Shown: one piece after another, positions 26,911 to 35,687 of the stretch
How the letters are laid out: every line of letters starts with the position of its first letter
How positions within the stretch are numbered: position 1 is the first letter of the stretch
Assembly (NCBI GenBank): GCA_900547555.1
Contig: URHG01000009.1
Coordinates: 3,060-67,059 of the forward strand
From: an uncultured Porphyromonadaceae bacterium
Lineage (GTDB): Bacteria > Bacteroidota > Bacteroidia > Bacteroidales > UBA11471
Direction: 5' to 3'
Length of the DNA: 64,000 nucleotides
The notes under the pieces: model-generated
Databases searched by the model: none
What the model was told of the DNA's origin: nothing
Seen by the model: the letters and a program-made list of their open reading frames with translations, nothing else
Program-made: the position numbers and the translations under genes

Positions 26911-27296
26911 AACTCGTTATTTTTATTTTGAGTAAGTTCGTTTTGATCTTCTTTGGGGGTGATAAAGATTTTATACAGGAAACGCAAAATGGGATTGATC
27001 ACACAAGGACGACGTAAAAGCCAAAGAAGAACGAAGAGCAGGAAAAATGCGCCGGCGATGATGGAATAGGCGGCAATGATTCCCGTATAGGATTCGAGGT
27101 AATGAACAGCCGAGAGAGAAAGGTACAACAATGTGATGGAGATGAGGATAATCGAAATGATAAGCAGAACGAGTGCCGATACGATGCGTGTCAGTTTCTC
27201 GACTCCGTCGAGTTTTACCCATTCGTATTGGAGCGACAGGTATTGTCTGATTTCTGCGATGATTTGTCTCAGTGATGGAGTTGTATTGGTATTCAT
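26907..27296 (-). CDS. two-TM membrane protein (holin-X/DUF1469-like, from memory)
   Basis: 129 aa. Two long hydrophobic helices (IVSALVLLIISIILISITLLYL and AAYSIIAGAFFLLFVLLWLL). It sits directly downstream of a YtxH gene, a recurrent arrangement. Confidence 0.65.
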   Translation of the reverse strand: MNTNTTPSLRQIIAEIRQYLSLQYEWVKLDGVEKLTRIVSALVLLIISIILISITLLYLSLSAVHYLESYTGIIAAYSIIAGAFFLLFVLLWLLRRPCVINPILRFLYKIFITPKEDQNELTQNKNNEL

Positions 27297-27382
27297 AAGT
27301 AGAATATGTTCAAGAAATTACATAAAGATTTTCCCGACAATCGATACTATACTGCCGGGAAAATCTTTTGAGCTTGGAAAAA

Positions 27383-27604
27383 TCAATCTTCTCTTTCAAC
27401 AGCTTTGTCGAGTTTCAGCTTGGCTGCGATTTTGTTGACAAGGTTTTCCATGTCCTCGCGGCTCAGTTTGATACCGTTTTCTCGGAGGACCTCATTGATT
27501 TTGCTACGCGTGTCTTCACCTTTTTCGGGAGCGAAGAGTATTCCTAAGGCTGCACCGATGGCTGCGCCGGTGAGGAATCCTGCTAATAAAGATGCACATT
27601 TCAT
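27383..27604 (-). CDS. YtxH-domain protein
   Basis: 73 aa. N-terminal Gly/Ala-rich anchor GFLTGAAIGAALGILFAPEKGEDTR followed by an amphipathic helix. Confidence 0.8.
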   Translation of the reverse strand: MKCASLLAGFLTGAAIGAALGILFAPEKGEDTRSKINEVLRENGIKLSREDMENLVNKIAAKLKLDKAVERED

Positions 27605-27778
27605 AATACCGAAAATTTTATGGGTTTGTTACAAAGATAACAAAAAAATCGTGGCTTGTATCGTTCGGCCGGCGAAAAAATAAGCTTTTTTGTTTCTTTC
27701 ATAATTCCATGCGTGAAAAAACGGTAATCCGAGAGCAAATAGAGAATATATTCCGTTCGTGCATATGAGGTTTATCCT

Positions 27779-27786
27779 TATCTTTG
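27779..27786 (+). promoter_or_regulatory. -7 promoter box for uvrA
   Basis: TAtcTTTG, 25 nt upstream of the ATG at 27811. Confidence 0.5.
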
Positions 27787-27810
27787 CATCTTATACAATA
27801 CGTGGCAAGT

Positions 27811-30597
27811 ATGTCAGAACAATTCATATCCATAAAAGGGGCCCGGGTCAATAATTTGAAAAATATCGATTTGGAGATACCCCGCAACAAACTTATCGTT
27901 ATCACAGGTCTTTCCGGGTCGGGTAAGTCGTCGTTGGCATTCGATACTCTTTATGCCGAGGGACAACGCCGTTATGTCGAGAGCCTTTCGGCTTATGCCA
28001 GGCAATTTCTCGGACGAATGAGTAAACCCGAGTGCGATTACATCAAAGGGATTCCGCCGGCAATTGCTATCGAGCAGAAAGTGAATACCCGTAATCCGCG
28101 TTCCACGGTAGGAACATCGACCGAGATATACGATTATTTGCGTATGCTTTTTGCCCGTGTGGGGAAAACGTATTCTCCCGTGTCGGGGAAAGAAGTGAAA
28201 AAGCACCGGGTCGAAGATGTGGTGCAATGTATCTTGTCGTACCCCGACGGTACGCGCATGGCTCTTTTTACACCGTTGCGATTTCCCGAAGACCGCGAGC
28301 CGCATACCGTTCTCGATATATTCCTGAAAGGCGGATATAACCGTGCCGAGTACAACGGTGAAGTCGTGCGCATCGAGGATTTGTTGCAGAAGAACGATGC
28401 AGACTTGAAAGAGGCGCGGATTTTTCTATTGATAGACCGTTCGGTCGTTTCCCGCACGAACGATGCCGTGAGCCGTATGTCCGATTCGGTCGAGACCGCT
28501 TTTTACGAAGGACATGGTGAGTGCCTGTTGCGTTTTTATACCGACGACGGTATCGAGTCGCATACTTTTTCCAATCGTTTCGAGGCCGATGGTATGGTTT
28601 TTGAAGAACCGAACGATTTGATGTTCAATTTCAACAGTCCGGTCGGCGCTTGTCCCGTATGCGAGGGTTTCGGAAAGGTCATCGGTATCGATGAAGATTT
28701 GGTGATACCCAATAAATCCCTTTCGGTGTATGACGATGCCGTAGTCTGCTGGAAAGGCGAGAAAATGAGCGAATGGAAAAAAGCTCTGATAAGCGTAGCC
28801 GATTTGTCTCGTTTTCCCATACATCGTCCGTACTATCAACTTACCGAGGCGCAGAAGAAACTTTTGTGGAATGGCAATTCTCTGTTTAAGGGAATCAATG
28901 ATTTCTTCCGCATGGTCGAAGAGAACCAATATAAGATACAGTACCGGGTCATGTTGGCCCGCTACCGGGGAAAGACGATTTGTCCCGAGTGTCATGGCGG
29001 GCGGTTGAAGCCGCAGGCGCAGTATGTGAAGGTCGGAGGAAAGTCCATTGCCGAACTTGTCGTGCTTTCTATCGACGAATTGCGGCGTTTTTTCAGCGAT
29101 CTTACGCTTGACGAGTACGATGCCGCTGTGGCGAAACGTTTGCTTACCGAGATAAATAACCGTTTGAAATTTTTGTCCGATGTGGGGTTGGGGTATCTTA
29201 CCCTCAATCGGTTGTCGTCGACGCTTTCGGGCGGAGAGAGCCAGCGTATCAATTTGGCGACATCGTTGGGTAGCAGTCTGGTCGGTTCGCTTTACATTCT
29301 CGACGAGCCGAGTATCGGGTTGCATTCGCGCGATACCGCTTTGCTTATTCAGGTTTTGCGCCGGCTTCAACAGTTGGGCAATACCGTGATTATCGTCGAG
29401 CACGACGAAGACATTATCCGCTCTGCCGATTATATCATCGACATCGGTCCTCAGGCCGGGCGTCTGGGGGGAGAAGTCGTCTATCAAGGAACGTCGGAAG
29501 GATTGGTGAATGCCGAGCGCAGTTATACTGCCAAATATCTTACCGGCAGAGAAAGTATTCCCGTTCCGGTGCAACGGCGGTCGTGGCACAATTACATCGA
29601 GATAGAAGGCGCCGTGCATAATAATCTGAAAAATATCGACGTGCGTTTTCCGCTTTACGTCATGACGGTAGTTACCGGAGTGAGCGGTTCGGGAAAATCG
29701 TCGCTCGTCAGAGATGTCTTTTATCGTTCTTTGGCGCGTTGCTATGACGATGAAGGGGTAATGCCGGGTACTTACGGACGTTTGTCGGGCGATGTATCGC
29801 TTATGAAACATATAGAGTTTGTCGACCAGAATCCTATCGGACATTCTTCCCGTTCCAATCCGGCGACTTATTTGAAGGCTTTCGATGAAATACGCAAACT
29901 CTTTGCCGAGCAGCAGGCTGCCAAGCAGATGGGATTTACGGCAGCCTACTTTTCTTTCAATGTCGAGGGCGGTCGTTGCGAGGAGTGTAAGGGCGATGGA
30001 ACGATTACCGTAGAGATGCAGTTTATGGCCGATCTTGTTTTACCTTGCGAGTCGTGTCATGGGAAGCGTTTCAAACCCGATATACTCGAAGTGGAATACC
30101 GGGGTAAAAATATTGCCGATGTTCTCGATATGACGATCAATCAGGCCGTAGAGTTTTTCTCGGAAAGCAGCGGAACCGCCGAGAAGAAAATCGTACGGCG
30201 ATTGAAACCCCTGCAAGATGTCGGTCTGGGGTATATCAAGATGGGGCAGACTTCGTCTACGCTTTCCGGGGGAGAAAATCAACGGGTGAAGTTGGCTTAT
30301 TTTCTCAGTAATGAAAAACAGGAACCGACGATTTTCGTTTTCGACGAGCCGACGACCGGATTGCACATTCACGATATAAAGACACTTTTGGCGGCATTCG
30401 ATGCATTGATAGCCAACGGTCATACGGTGGTGATCGTGGAGCATAATATGGAGGTAATCAAGTGCGCCGATTACATTATCGATATGGGTCCCGAAGGCGG
30501 AGAGGCCGGCGGTCATGTCGTGTGTTGCGGTACTCCCGAGGAAGTGGTGCGTTGCCCGCAATCTTATACCGGAAAATATTTACAAGAGAAGTTGTAG
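27811..30597 (+). CDS. uvrA: excinuclease ABC subunit A
   Basis: 928 aa from the ATG at 27811 (the ORF opens with TTG at 27784, inside the promoter box). Two ABC modules ([12 protein letters not shown] and [11 protein letters not shown] Walker A; LSGGESQR and LSGGENQR signatures). Zinc modules ACPVCEGFG and CEECKGDG...CESCHGKR. Confidence 0.95.
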   Translation: MSEQFISIKGARVNNLKNIDLEIPRNKLIVITGLSGSGKSSLAFDTLYAEGQRRYVESLSAYARQFLGRMSKPECDYIKGIPPAIAIEQKVNTRNPRSTVGTSTEIYDYLRMLFARVGKTYSPVSGKEVKKHRVEDVVQCILSYPDGTRMALFTPLRFPEDREPHTVLDIFLKGGYNRAEYNGEVVRIEDLLQKNDADLKEARIFLLIDRSVVSRTNDAVSRMSDSVETAFYEGHGECLLRFYTDDGIESHTFSNRFEADGMVFEEPNDLMFNFNSPVGACPVCEGFGKVIGIDEDLVIPNKSLSVYDDAVVCWKGEKMSEWKKALISVADLSRFPIHRPYYQLTEAQKKLLWNGNSLFKGINDFFRMVEENQYKIQYRVMLARYRGKTICPECHGGRLKPQAQYVKVGGKSIAELVVLSIDELRRFFSDLTLDEYDAAVAKRLLTEINNRLKFLSDVGLGYLTLNRLSSTLSGGESQRINLATSLGSSLVGSLYILDEPSIGLHSRDTALLIQVLRRLQQLGNTVIIVEHDEDIIRSADYIIDIGPQAGRLGGEVVYQGTSEGLVNAERSYTAKYLTGRESIPVPVQRRSWHNYIEIEGAVHNNLKNIDVRFPLYVMTVVTGVSGSGKSSLVRDVFYRSLARCYDDEGVMPGTYGRLSGDVSLMKHIEFVDQNPIGHSSRSNPATYLKAFDEIRKLFAEQQAAKQMGFTAAYFSFNVEGGRCEECKGDGTITVEMQFMADLVLPCESCHGKRFKPDILEVEYRGKNIADVLDMTINQAVEFFSESSGTAEKKIVRRLKPLQDVGLGYIKMGQTSSTLSGGENQRVKLAYFLSNEKQEPTIFVFDEPTTGLHIHDIKTLLAAFDALIANGHTVVIVEHNMEVIKCADYIIDMGPEGGEAGGHVVCCGTPEEVVRCPQSYTGKYLQEKL

Positions 30598-30610
30598 ATT
30601 TTGGAATTAA

Positions 30611-30648
30611 GATAGGGGGCGCAACAGTTTTCTGTCGCGCCCCCTATC
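30611..30648. terminator. bidirectional GC-rich hairpin terminator
   Basis: GATAGGGGGCGC pairs with GCGCCCCCTATC, with inner ACAG/CTGT pairs. It lies between convergent uvrA and the acyl-CoA ligase gene. Confidence 0.8.
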
Positions 30649-30664
30649 TTTGCAGATATAGTAT

Positions 30665-32314
30665 TTACGCGTTTTGGTAAAGATACCGTTTGATACTGCG
30701 TTTCGGTGTTTTTTCAAATTCTTCGTAGTATATTTTTATTTTGGAAATTTGGCTGTAACCCGGGAGAATTTTATTCACCGTAATACGGTTTTCCTCCATT
30801 ACCTCTTCGATTTTATTGGTTAAACCCTGTTTTTCGGCATTCTCGAAATCGGGATAAATCAGGGCGATGAGTTTTCCCTCTTGCTCGATGACGATAGATT
30901 CATTGACATAGGGCAGGTTGTTGATTCTTGCCTCTATCTCTTCCGGATAAATGTTTTGCCCTGATGGTCCCAAAATCATACTTTTGCTGCGCCCTTTGAG
31001 GTAGATGTAGTTGTCATCGTCGATGACGGCGAGATCGCCGGTATTGAGCCAACCATCTTTCAGCACGGCATCGGTTGCCTCTTGATTTTTATAGTATCCC
31101 AGCATCACACTGTCTCCCTTGACATGCAGCTCGCCGACGATACGGGCTCGGTCGGCCGAGTCGATGCGGGCTTCTGTTCGGTCTATTACCCGACCGCAAG
31201 AGCCGACCCGGGCTTTATCCCACGGTGCGTAGGAAATAAGCGGGGCACACTCGGTCATGCCGTACCCGACAGTATAGGGGAAATTTATTTTGTGGAGGAA
31301 GATTTCCACCTCGTGGTTGAGAGCCGCTCCGCCGATAATGATTTCGAACATGTTCCCGCCGAATGCCTCTTCGAGCTTGGCTTTGATCTGCTGTTGCAAT
31401 TGCGTATTGATGAGGGGAATTCTCATCAGCACTTGCATAAGCGGTTTTTCCAGCATGGGAAATATTTTACTGCGAATGATTTTTTCGATGATGAGAGGTA
31501 CGGTGATGATGAGGCGGGGCTTCACTTCGGCAAATGCGTCCATGATGATCTTCGGTGAAGGAACACGCGTAAGGAAGTGTATGTGGCAACCTTTGGCGAA
31601 ACATGTGCACAGTTCTACCATCAATCCGTACATGTGGGCCATCGGGAGCATCGATACGATGGGGTCTCCCGGGTGTAGGAATTCAAAATTCTCATAGCAG
31701 TATTTCAGGTTGGTCCACAAGCTACGGTAAGGAAGCATGACCCCTTTGGAGAAACCTGTCGATCCCGATGTATAATTGATGAGAGCCAGCTCCTCGGGGC
31801 TATCTTTGTGATAAGAAACATCTTCCCGGCGGAACCGTTCGGGATATTTGTCTCCGAAATATTGGTTGAGATGTTCCCGGGCATCGGTCAGTTTTTTGCT
31901 TTTGCTATGCAGAACCGAGAAGTCGTTGATGAGGATAATACCCGATAGGTTAGACATTTTGTTCTTATCGAGGTTCTCATATACTACGTCGCCGACAAAA
32001 AGGAGCTTTGCTTCGGAATGATTGACGATGTGATGCACATTATCGGGCTTGAATTCGTGCAGGATAGGTACTACGACAGCCCCGTAAGTGAGAGTGGCGA
32101 AAAATGCGACGGCCCAGTGTGAGGAGTTACGGCCGCAGATGGCTATTTTATCTCCTTTTTTTATGCCGGCCGCATCCATCAGGATATGCATCTTTTCTAT
32201 TTTGCGGGCGATGTCTTTATAACTGTAAGAAACTCCTTTGAAATCGCTCAGTGCGGTCAGCTCCCAGTTGTCTCGGATGGAGTTTTCGATATATGCGTTG
32301 AAACTTTTGTCCAT
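30665..32314 (-). CDS. AMP-dependent synthetase/ligase (long-chain acyl-CoA ligase-like)
   Basis: 549 aa. AMP-binding motif YTSGSTGFSKGVML, with GYGMTE and TGDL motifs further on. Confidence 0.88.
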   Translation of the reverse strand: MDKSFNAYIENSIRDNWELTALSDFKGVSYSYKDIARKIEKMHILMDAAGIKKGDKIAICGRNSSHWAVAFFATLTYGAVVVPILHEFKPDNVHHIVNHSEAKLLFVGDVVYENLDKNKMSNLSGIILINDFSVLHSKSKKLTDAREHLNQYFGDKYPERFRREDVSYHKDSPEELALINYTSGSTGFSKGVMLPYRSLWTNLKYCYENFEFLHPGDPIVSMLPMAHMYGLMVELCTCFAKGCHIHFLTRVPSPKIIMDAFAEVKPRLIITVPLIIEKIIRSKIFPMLEKPLMQVLMRIPLINTQLQQQIKAKLEEAFGGNMFEIIIGGAALNHEVEIFLHKINFPYTVGYGMTECAPLISYAPWDKARVGSCGRVIDRTEARIDSADRARIVGELHVKGDSVMLGYYKNQEATDAVLKDGWLNTGDLAVIDDDNYIYLKGRSKSMILGPSGQNIYPEEIEARINNLPYVNESIVIEQEGKLIALIYPDFENAEKQGLTNKIEEVMEENRITVNKILPGYSQISKIKIYYEEFEKTPKRSIKRYLYQNA

Positions 32315-32338
32315 TATGATTCGGATTTATCGGTGTTT

Positions 32339-32689
32339 TCAGATGAGTTGTAGTTGCTTGATATAATTGATGTATTCGTCGTTGCTTATGTCGAAAGCCC
32401 GGTCGATGTAATGAACATAGTCTTCGAAGTAATCGCTTGCTATATCGGCGACGATATCTTCGCCCGGCAATTCGTTTTGGGTCAGGATACGTTCTATTTT
32501 ATGGCGGAACCAAGCAACGGTTTCACATTTTTTTTCCCACATGTCCGACTTTTCCTGTTCCCATTGATGACCATTGCGGATTATGAGATAGCAAGTGGCG
32601 TAAAATGTGTCGATAGAGGGAAATATACCGCTAAAAGATTGTAATATAGCGGGTTCTTTTTCTTTGAGGGCGACTTCTGTCGGTGTCAT
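32339..32689 (-). CDS. hypothetical protein
   Basis: 116 aa from the ATG at 32689 (MTPTEVALKE). A TAtaTTTG box lies 28 nt upstream, so the longer 152-aa ORF is unlikely. It ends 24 nt upstream of the ligase gene. No recognisable family. Confidence 0.55.
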   Translation of the reverse strand: MTPTEVALKEKEPAILQSFSGIFPSIDTFYATCYLIIRNGHQWEQEKSDMWEKKCETVAWFRHKIERILTQNELPGEDIVADIASDYFEDYVHYIDRAFDISNDEYINYIKQLQLI

Positions 32690-32716
32690 CTTAATTTCTG
32701 TTTCAAAAAAACTGCA

Positions 32717-32724
32717 CAAATATA
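32717..32724 (-). promoter_or_regulatory. -7 promoter box for the 32339-32689/ligase operon
   Basis: TAtaTTTG on the minus strand, 28 nt upstream of the ATG at 32689. Confidence 0.45.
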
Positions 32725-32970
32725 GGCTATTTTGTGCAATATAAAATACGGTATTCGATTTTTTTCTCCGAGTATTTATTTTCCAAGAGGATTCCAAAAA
32801 GCTGTTCTGCCTGGAAATAAATGATTTGTAAAAAAAATTTTGAATTCGATATGGATATATTGAACATAAAAGGGTCGTTTCTGTATAATGTGCGACAGCC
32901 CGATATGGTTCTTTTCATTAGCTTTATTTGCTTAAAAAAAAAGAATGCCATATCTTAGCGAGCAATTAGA

Positions 32971-34038
32971 ATGAATCGTGTGAAAATGGCAGGAGAGGCA
33001 CATCTCGTTATTATGGCAGGGGGAATCGGCAGTCGTTTTTGGCCGATGAGTACTCCCGAGGTTCCCAAACAATTTATCGATATTACCGGTTGCGGGCGAT
33101 CGTTGATACAGCTTACGGCCGACCGTTTCATGTCGGTCGTTCGTCCCGAAAACATGTGGGTCGTAACCTCGAAACGGTATGAACGTTTGGTGCGGGAACA
33201 GCTCCCCGACATACCGGCATCGAATATCCTGCTCGAACCGTGTATGCGCAATACGGCGCCTTGTATCGCTTATGCCGGTTGGAAAATCAAGTCGAAAAAC
33301 CCCGATGCGGCGATTGTCGTTACGCCGTCCGACCATATAGTAACGGATGTTCCCGAATTTCAGCGGGTTATTTCCGAGTCGTTGGATTTTATAAATCAAG
33401 ATCGGGCTATACTCACACTGGGCATGCGACCTACCCGTCCCGAGACCGGCTACGGATATATCGCCGCACGGCAAAGCGGGGTGTCGGCCGGAGAAATCCT
33501 TCCCGTAGAATCGTTTCGGGAGAAACCTTCGCTCGATGTTGCGCGACAGTATTTGCAGGCGGGTAATTACTTTTGGAATTCGGGACTTTTTCTTTGGCAT
33601 GTGCAGACCCTTGAAAAAGCTTTCCGCACCCATTGTCCCGCGATGGCCGATATATTCGACCGCCTTGCACCTTCGTTTTATACACCCGACGAGCAATCGG
33701 CCGTCGATGAGATGTTTCCGCTTTGCGAGAATATATCGGTCGATTATGCCGTCATGGAAAAGGCTTCGGATATGTATGTCTTTCCGGCCGATTTCGGCTG
33801 GTCCGATTTGGGAACATGGGGTTCCTTGCATACCTTGTTGCCGAGAGACGAGTCCGGCAATGCCTGCGTGGGAGATTCCGTGAAGATGATAGATTCACAC
33901 CGTTGCATCGTGCATGTCCCGGCGGGAAAACGGGTCGTCGTGCAGGGGCTCGACGGTTATATCGTAGCCGAGAAAGACGGTACATTGCTGATATGCCGGC
34001 TGGAAGACGAACAACATATAAAAGAATACTCAAAGTGA
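32971..34038 (+). CDS. manC: mannose-1-phosphate guanylyltransferase-like sugar-1-phosphate nucleotidyltransferase
   Basis: 355 aa. N-terminal HLVIMAGGIGSRFWPMS...PKQF signature of ManC/GMP-type nucleotidyltransferases. No C-terminal cupin/PMI domain. Confidence 0.85.
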   Translation: MNRVKMAGEAHLVIMAGGIGSRFWPMSTPEVPKQFIDITGCGRSLIQLTADRFMSVVRPENMWVVTSKRYERLVREQLPDIPASNILLEPCMRNTAPCIAYAGWKIKSKNPDAAIVVTPSDHIVTDVPEFQRVISESLDFINQDRAILTLGMRPTRPETGYGYIAARQSGVSAGEILPVESFREKPSLDVARQYLQAGNYFWNSGLFLWHVQTLEKAFRTHCPAMADIFDRLAPSFYTPDEQSAVDEMFPLCENISVDYAVMEKASDMYVFPADFGWSDLGTWGSLHTLLPRDESGNACVGDSVKMIDSHRCIVHVPAGKRVVVQGLDGYIVAEKDGTLLICRLEDEQHIKEYSK

Positions 34039-34069
34039 AATCACGAACAGATAATTTATTGACATTAGA

Positions 34070-35206
34070 ATGAAAAAGAAAAAAGTTTTCGTATCGGGTT
34101 GTTACGACATGCTGCATAGCGGGCATGTGGCTTTCTTCACAGAAGCGGCTTCGCATGGCGATTTGTATGTCGGTATAGGTTCCGATAAGACGATCTATGA
34201 GCTGAAAGCTCGTAAGACCATCAATACCGAAGCCGAACGCTTGTATATGGTCAAGGCGCTTCGGGTTGTAAAAGACGCGTGGGTGAATAGCGGCAGCGGA
34301 TTGCTCGATTTTGAAAAAGAGTTACGGGAACTCAAACCCGATATCTTTTTTGTGAATTCCGATGGTGCGACCCCGCTGAAAGAACAGTTATGCAAGGAAC
34401 TGGGTATAGAATATATGGTGAGCAAGCGTCTCCCTCACGCCAATCTGCCGGTGCGTTCCACGACCATGTTGCGCAAAGAGTGCCGCATACCTTACCGTAT
34501 CGATTTGGCCGGCGGTTGGCTCGACCAGCCTTTCGTCAGCTCTTGTTGCGCCGGCCCCGTATTGACGATTTCTATCGAACCCGAATATGAGTTCAATGAC
34601 CGGAGCGGAATGTCCACTTCCTCCCGTAAAAAGGCGGTTGAGCTGTGGCAGACCGATATACCCGAAGGCGATAGGGAGAAATTGGCAAAGACGCTTTTCT
34701 GTTTTGAGAATCCTCCCGGAACAAAATATGTCAGCGGCTCTCAGGATTCGTTGGGTATCGTCATGCCGGGTTTGAACAAGCTCGAATATAACGGCGATTA
34801 TTGGCCCGAGAAGATAGAAAGCAATACCGATCCCGAATTGTTGAAATGGATCGAAGAGCGTATATGGCTTTATCCGCTTTATCCCCGGCGTTCGTCATAC
34901 GATGTGCTGGCCGATACGCATGTAACACCCGAGAATGCCAAAGCGCTGAGCGATGCTGCCCGGGCTTGCTGGGATGCTGTTGTGGCACGCGATGCACGTG
35001 CTTTTGGAGAACAGATGCGAAAAGCATTTGAAGCACAGATAGCCATGTTCCCCAATATGATGTACGATGATATACAGGTGGAGATCGACCGTCATAAAGA
35101 TTCGGTCTTGGGCTGGAAACTGAGCGGTGCCGGAGGGGGCGGATATTTGATATTCGTCAGTGAGCAACCGGTCGAAAAAGCCATTCAGATTCATATTCGC
35201 CGGTAA
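34070..35206 (+). CDS. fusion protein: HIGH-type cytidylyl/adenylyltransferase domain + GHMP-family sugar kinase domain
   Basis: 378 aa. The first ~135 residues are TagD/RfaE-II-like (KVFVSGCYDMLHSGHVAFF with HxGH; VRSTTMLRK). The remainder carries GHMP kinase motifs: RIDLAGGWLDQP, RSGMSTSS, SGSQDS, KLSGAGGGGYL. Confidence 0.8.
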   Translation: MKKKKVFVSGCYDMLHSGHVAFFTEAASHGDLYVGIGSDKTIYELKARKTINTEAERLYMVKALRVVKDAWVNSGSGLLDFEKELRELKPDIFFVNSDGATPLKEQLCKELGIEYMVSKRLPHANLPVRSTTMLRKECRIPYRIDLAGGWLDQPFVSSCCAGPVLTISIEPEYEFNDRSGMSTSSRKKAVELWQTDIPEGDREKLAKTLFCFENPPGTKYVSGSQDSLGIVMPGLNKLEYNGDYWPEKIESNTDPELLKWIEERIWLYPLYPRRSSYDVLADTHVTPENAKALSDAARACWDAVVARDARAFGEQMRKAFEAQIAMFPNMMYDDIQVEIDRHKDSVLGWKLSGAGGGGYLIFVSEQPVEKAIQIHIRR

Positions 35207-35258
35207 GACACATCCTGTTTTCATTCAAGAGGGGGAATCCCCTTTGTGAAGATAATAA

Positions 35259-35298
35259 TACCCCTTTATGCTTTTTGAGCATAAAGGGGTATTTATTT
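35259..35298 (+). terminator. rho-independent terminator after the fusion gene
   Basis: TACCCCTTTATGC pairs with GCATAAAGGGGTA around a 7-nt loop, followed by TTTATTT. Confidence 0.8.
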
Positions 35299-35522
35299 GT
35301 GAATTGGGCTTATCGATCTGTAATGTTGTGCGTACTCCCGAGGACGAAGGGGAGAGGTGGAGCGGTGCAAAATGCTACCCATATCGAGATATGGCGACGG
35401 CAGTGAGGAATATAGGAAAAGTAAATTCCTAAAAAATGACCATAAATGTGGATTTTTTGACTAAGGGATAAAAAGTCCACATGATTTTGCCATAGAATCC
35501 ACATTCGATTCTCCCCGGATTC

Positions 35523-35530
35523 TAACTTTG
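35523..35530 (+). promoter_or_regulatory. -7 promoter box for the pectate-lyase-like gene
   Basis: TAacTTTG, 158 nt upstream of the ATG at 35688. It lies just downstream of the TGTGGA/TCCACA repeat cluster. Confidence 0.35.
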
Positions 35531-35687
35531 TGAATCGATATATAACCTTACCGCCATGAAATGCATTATGTCTTGTATTCATCGGATAACGTATTTTATC
35601 GGGTATATATCTCATCGGAGATGCGTAATGGAGTAAGGAGACTGGAATCGGGAATAAAAATAGAGTATATCTTAAAATGAAATTGCT

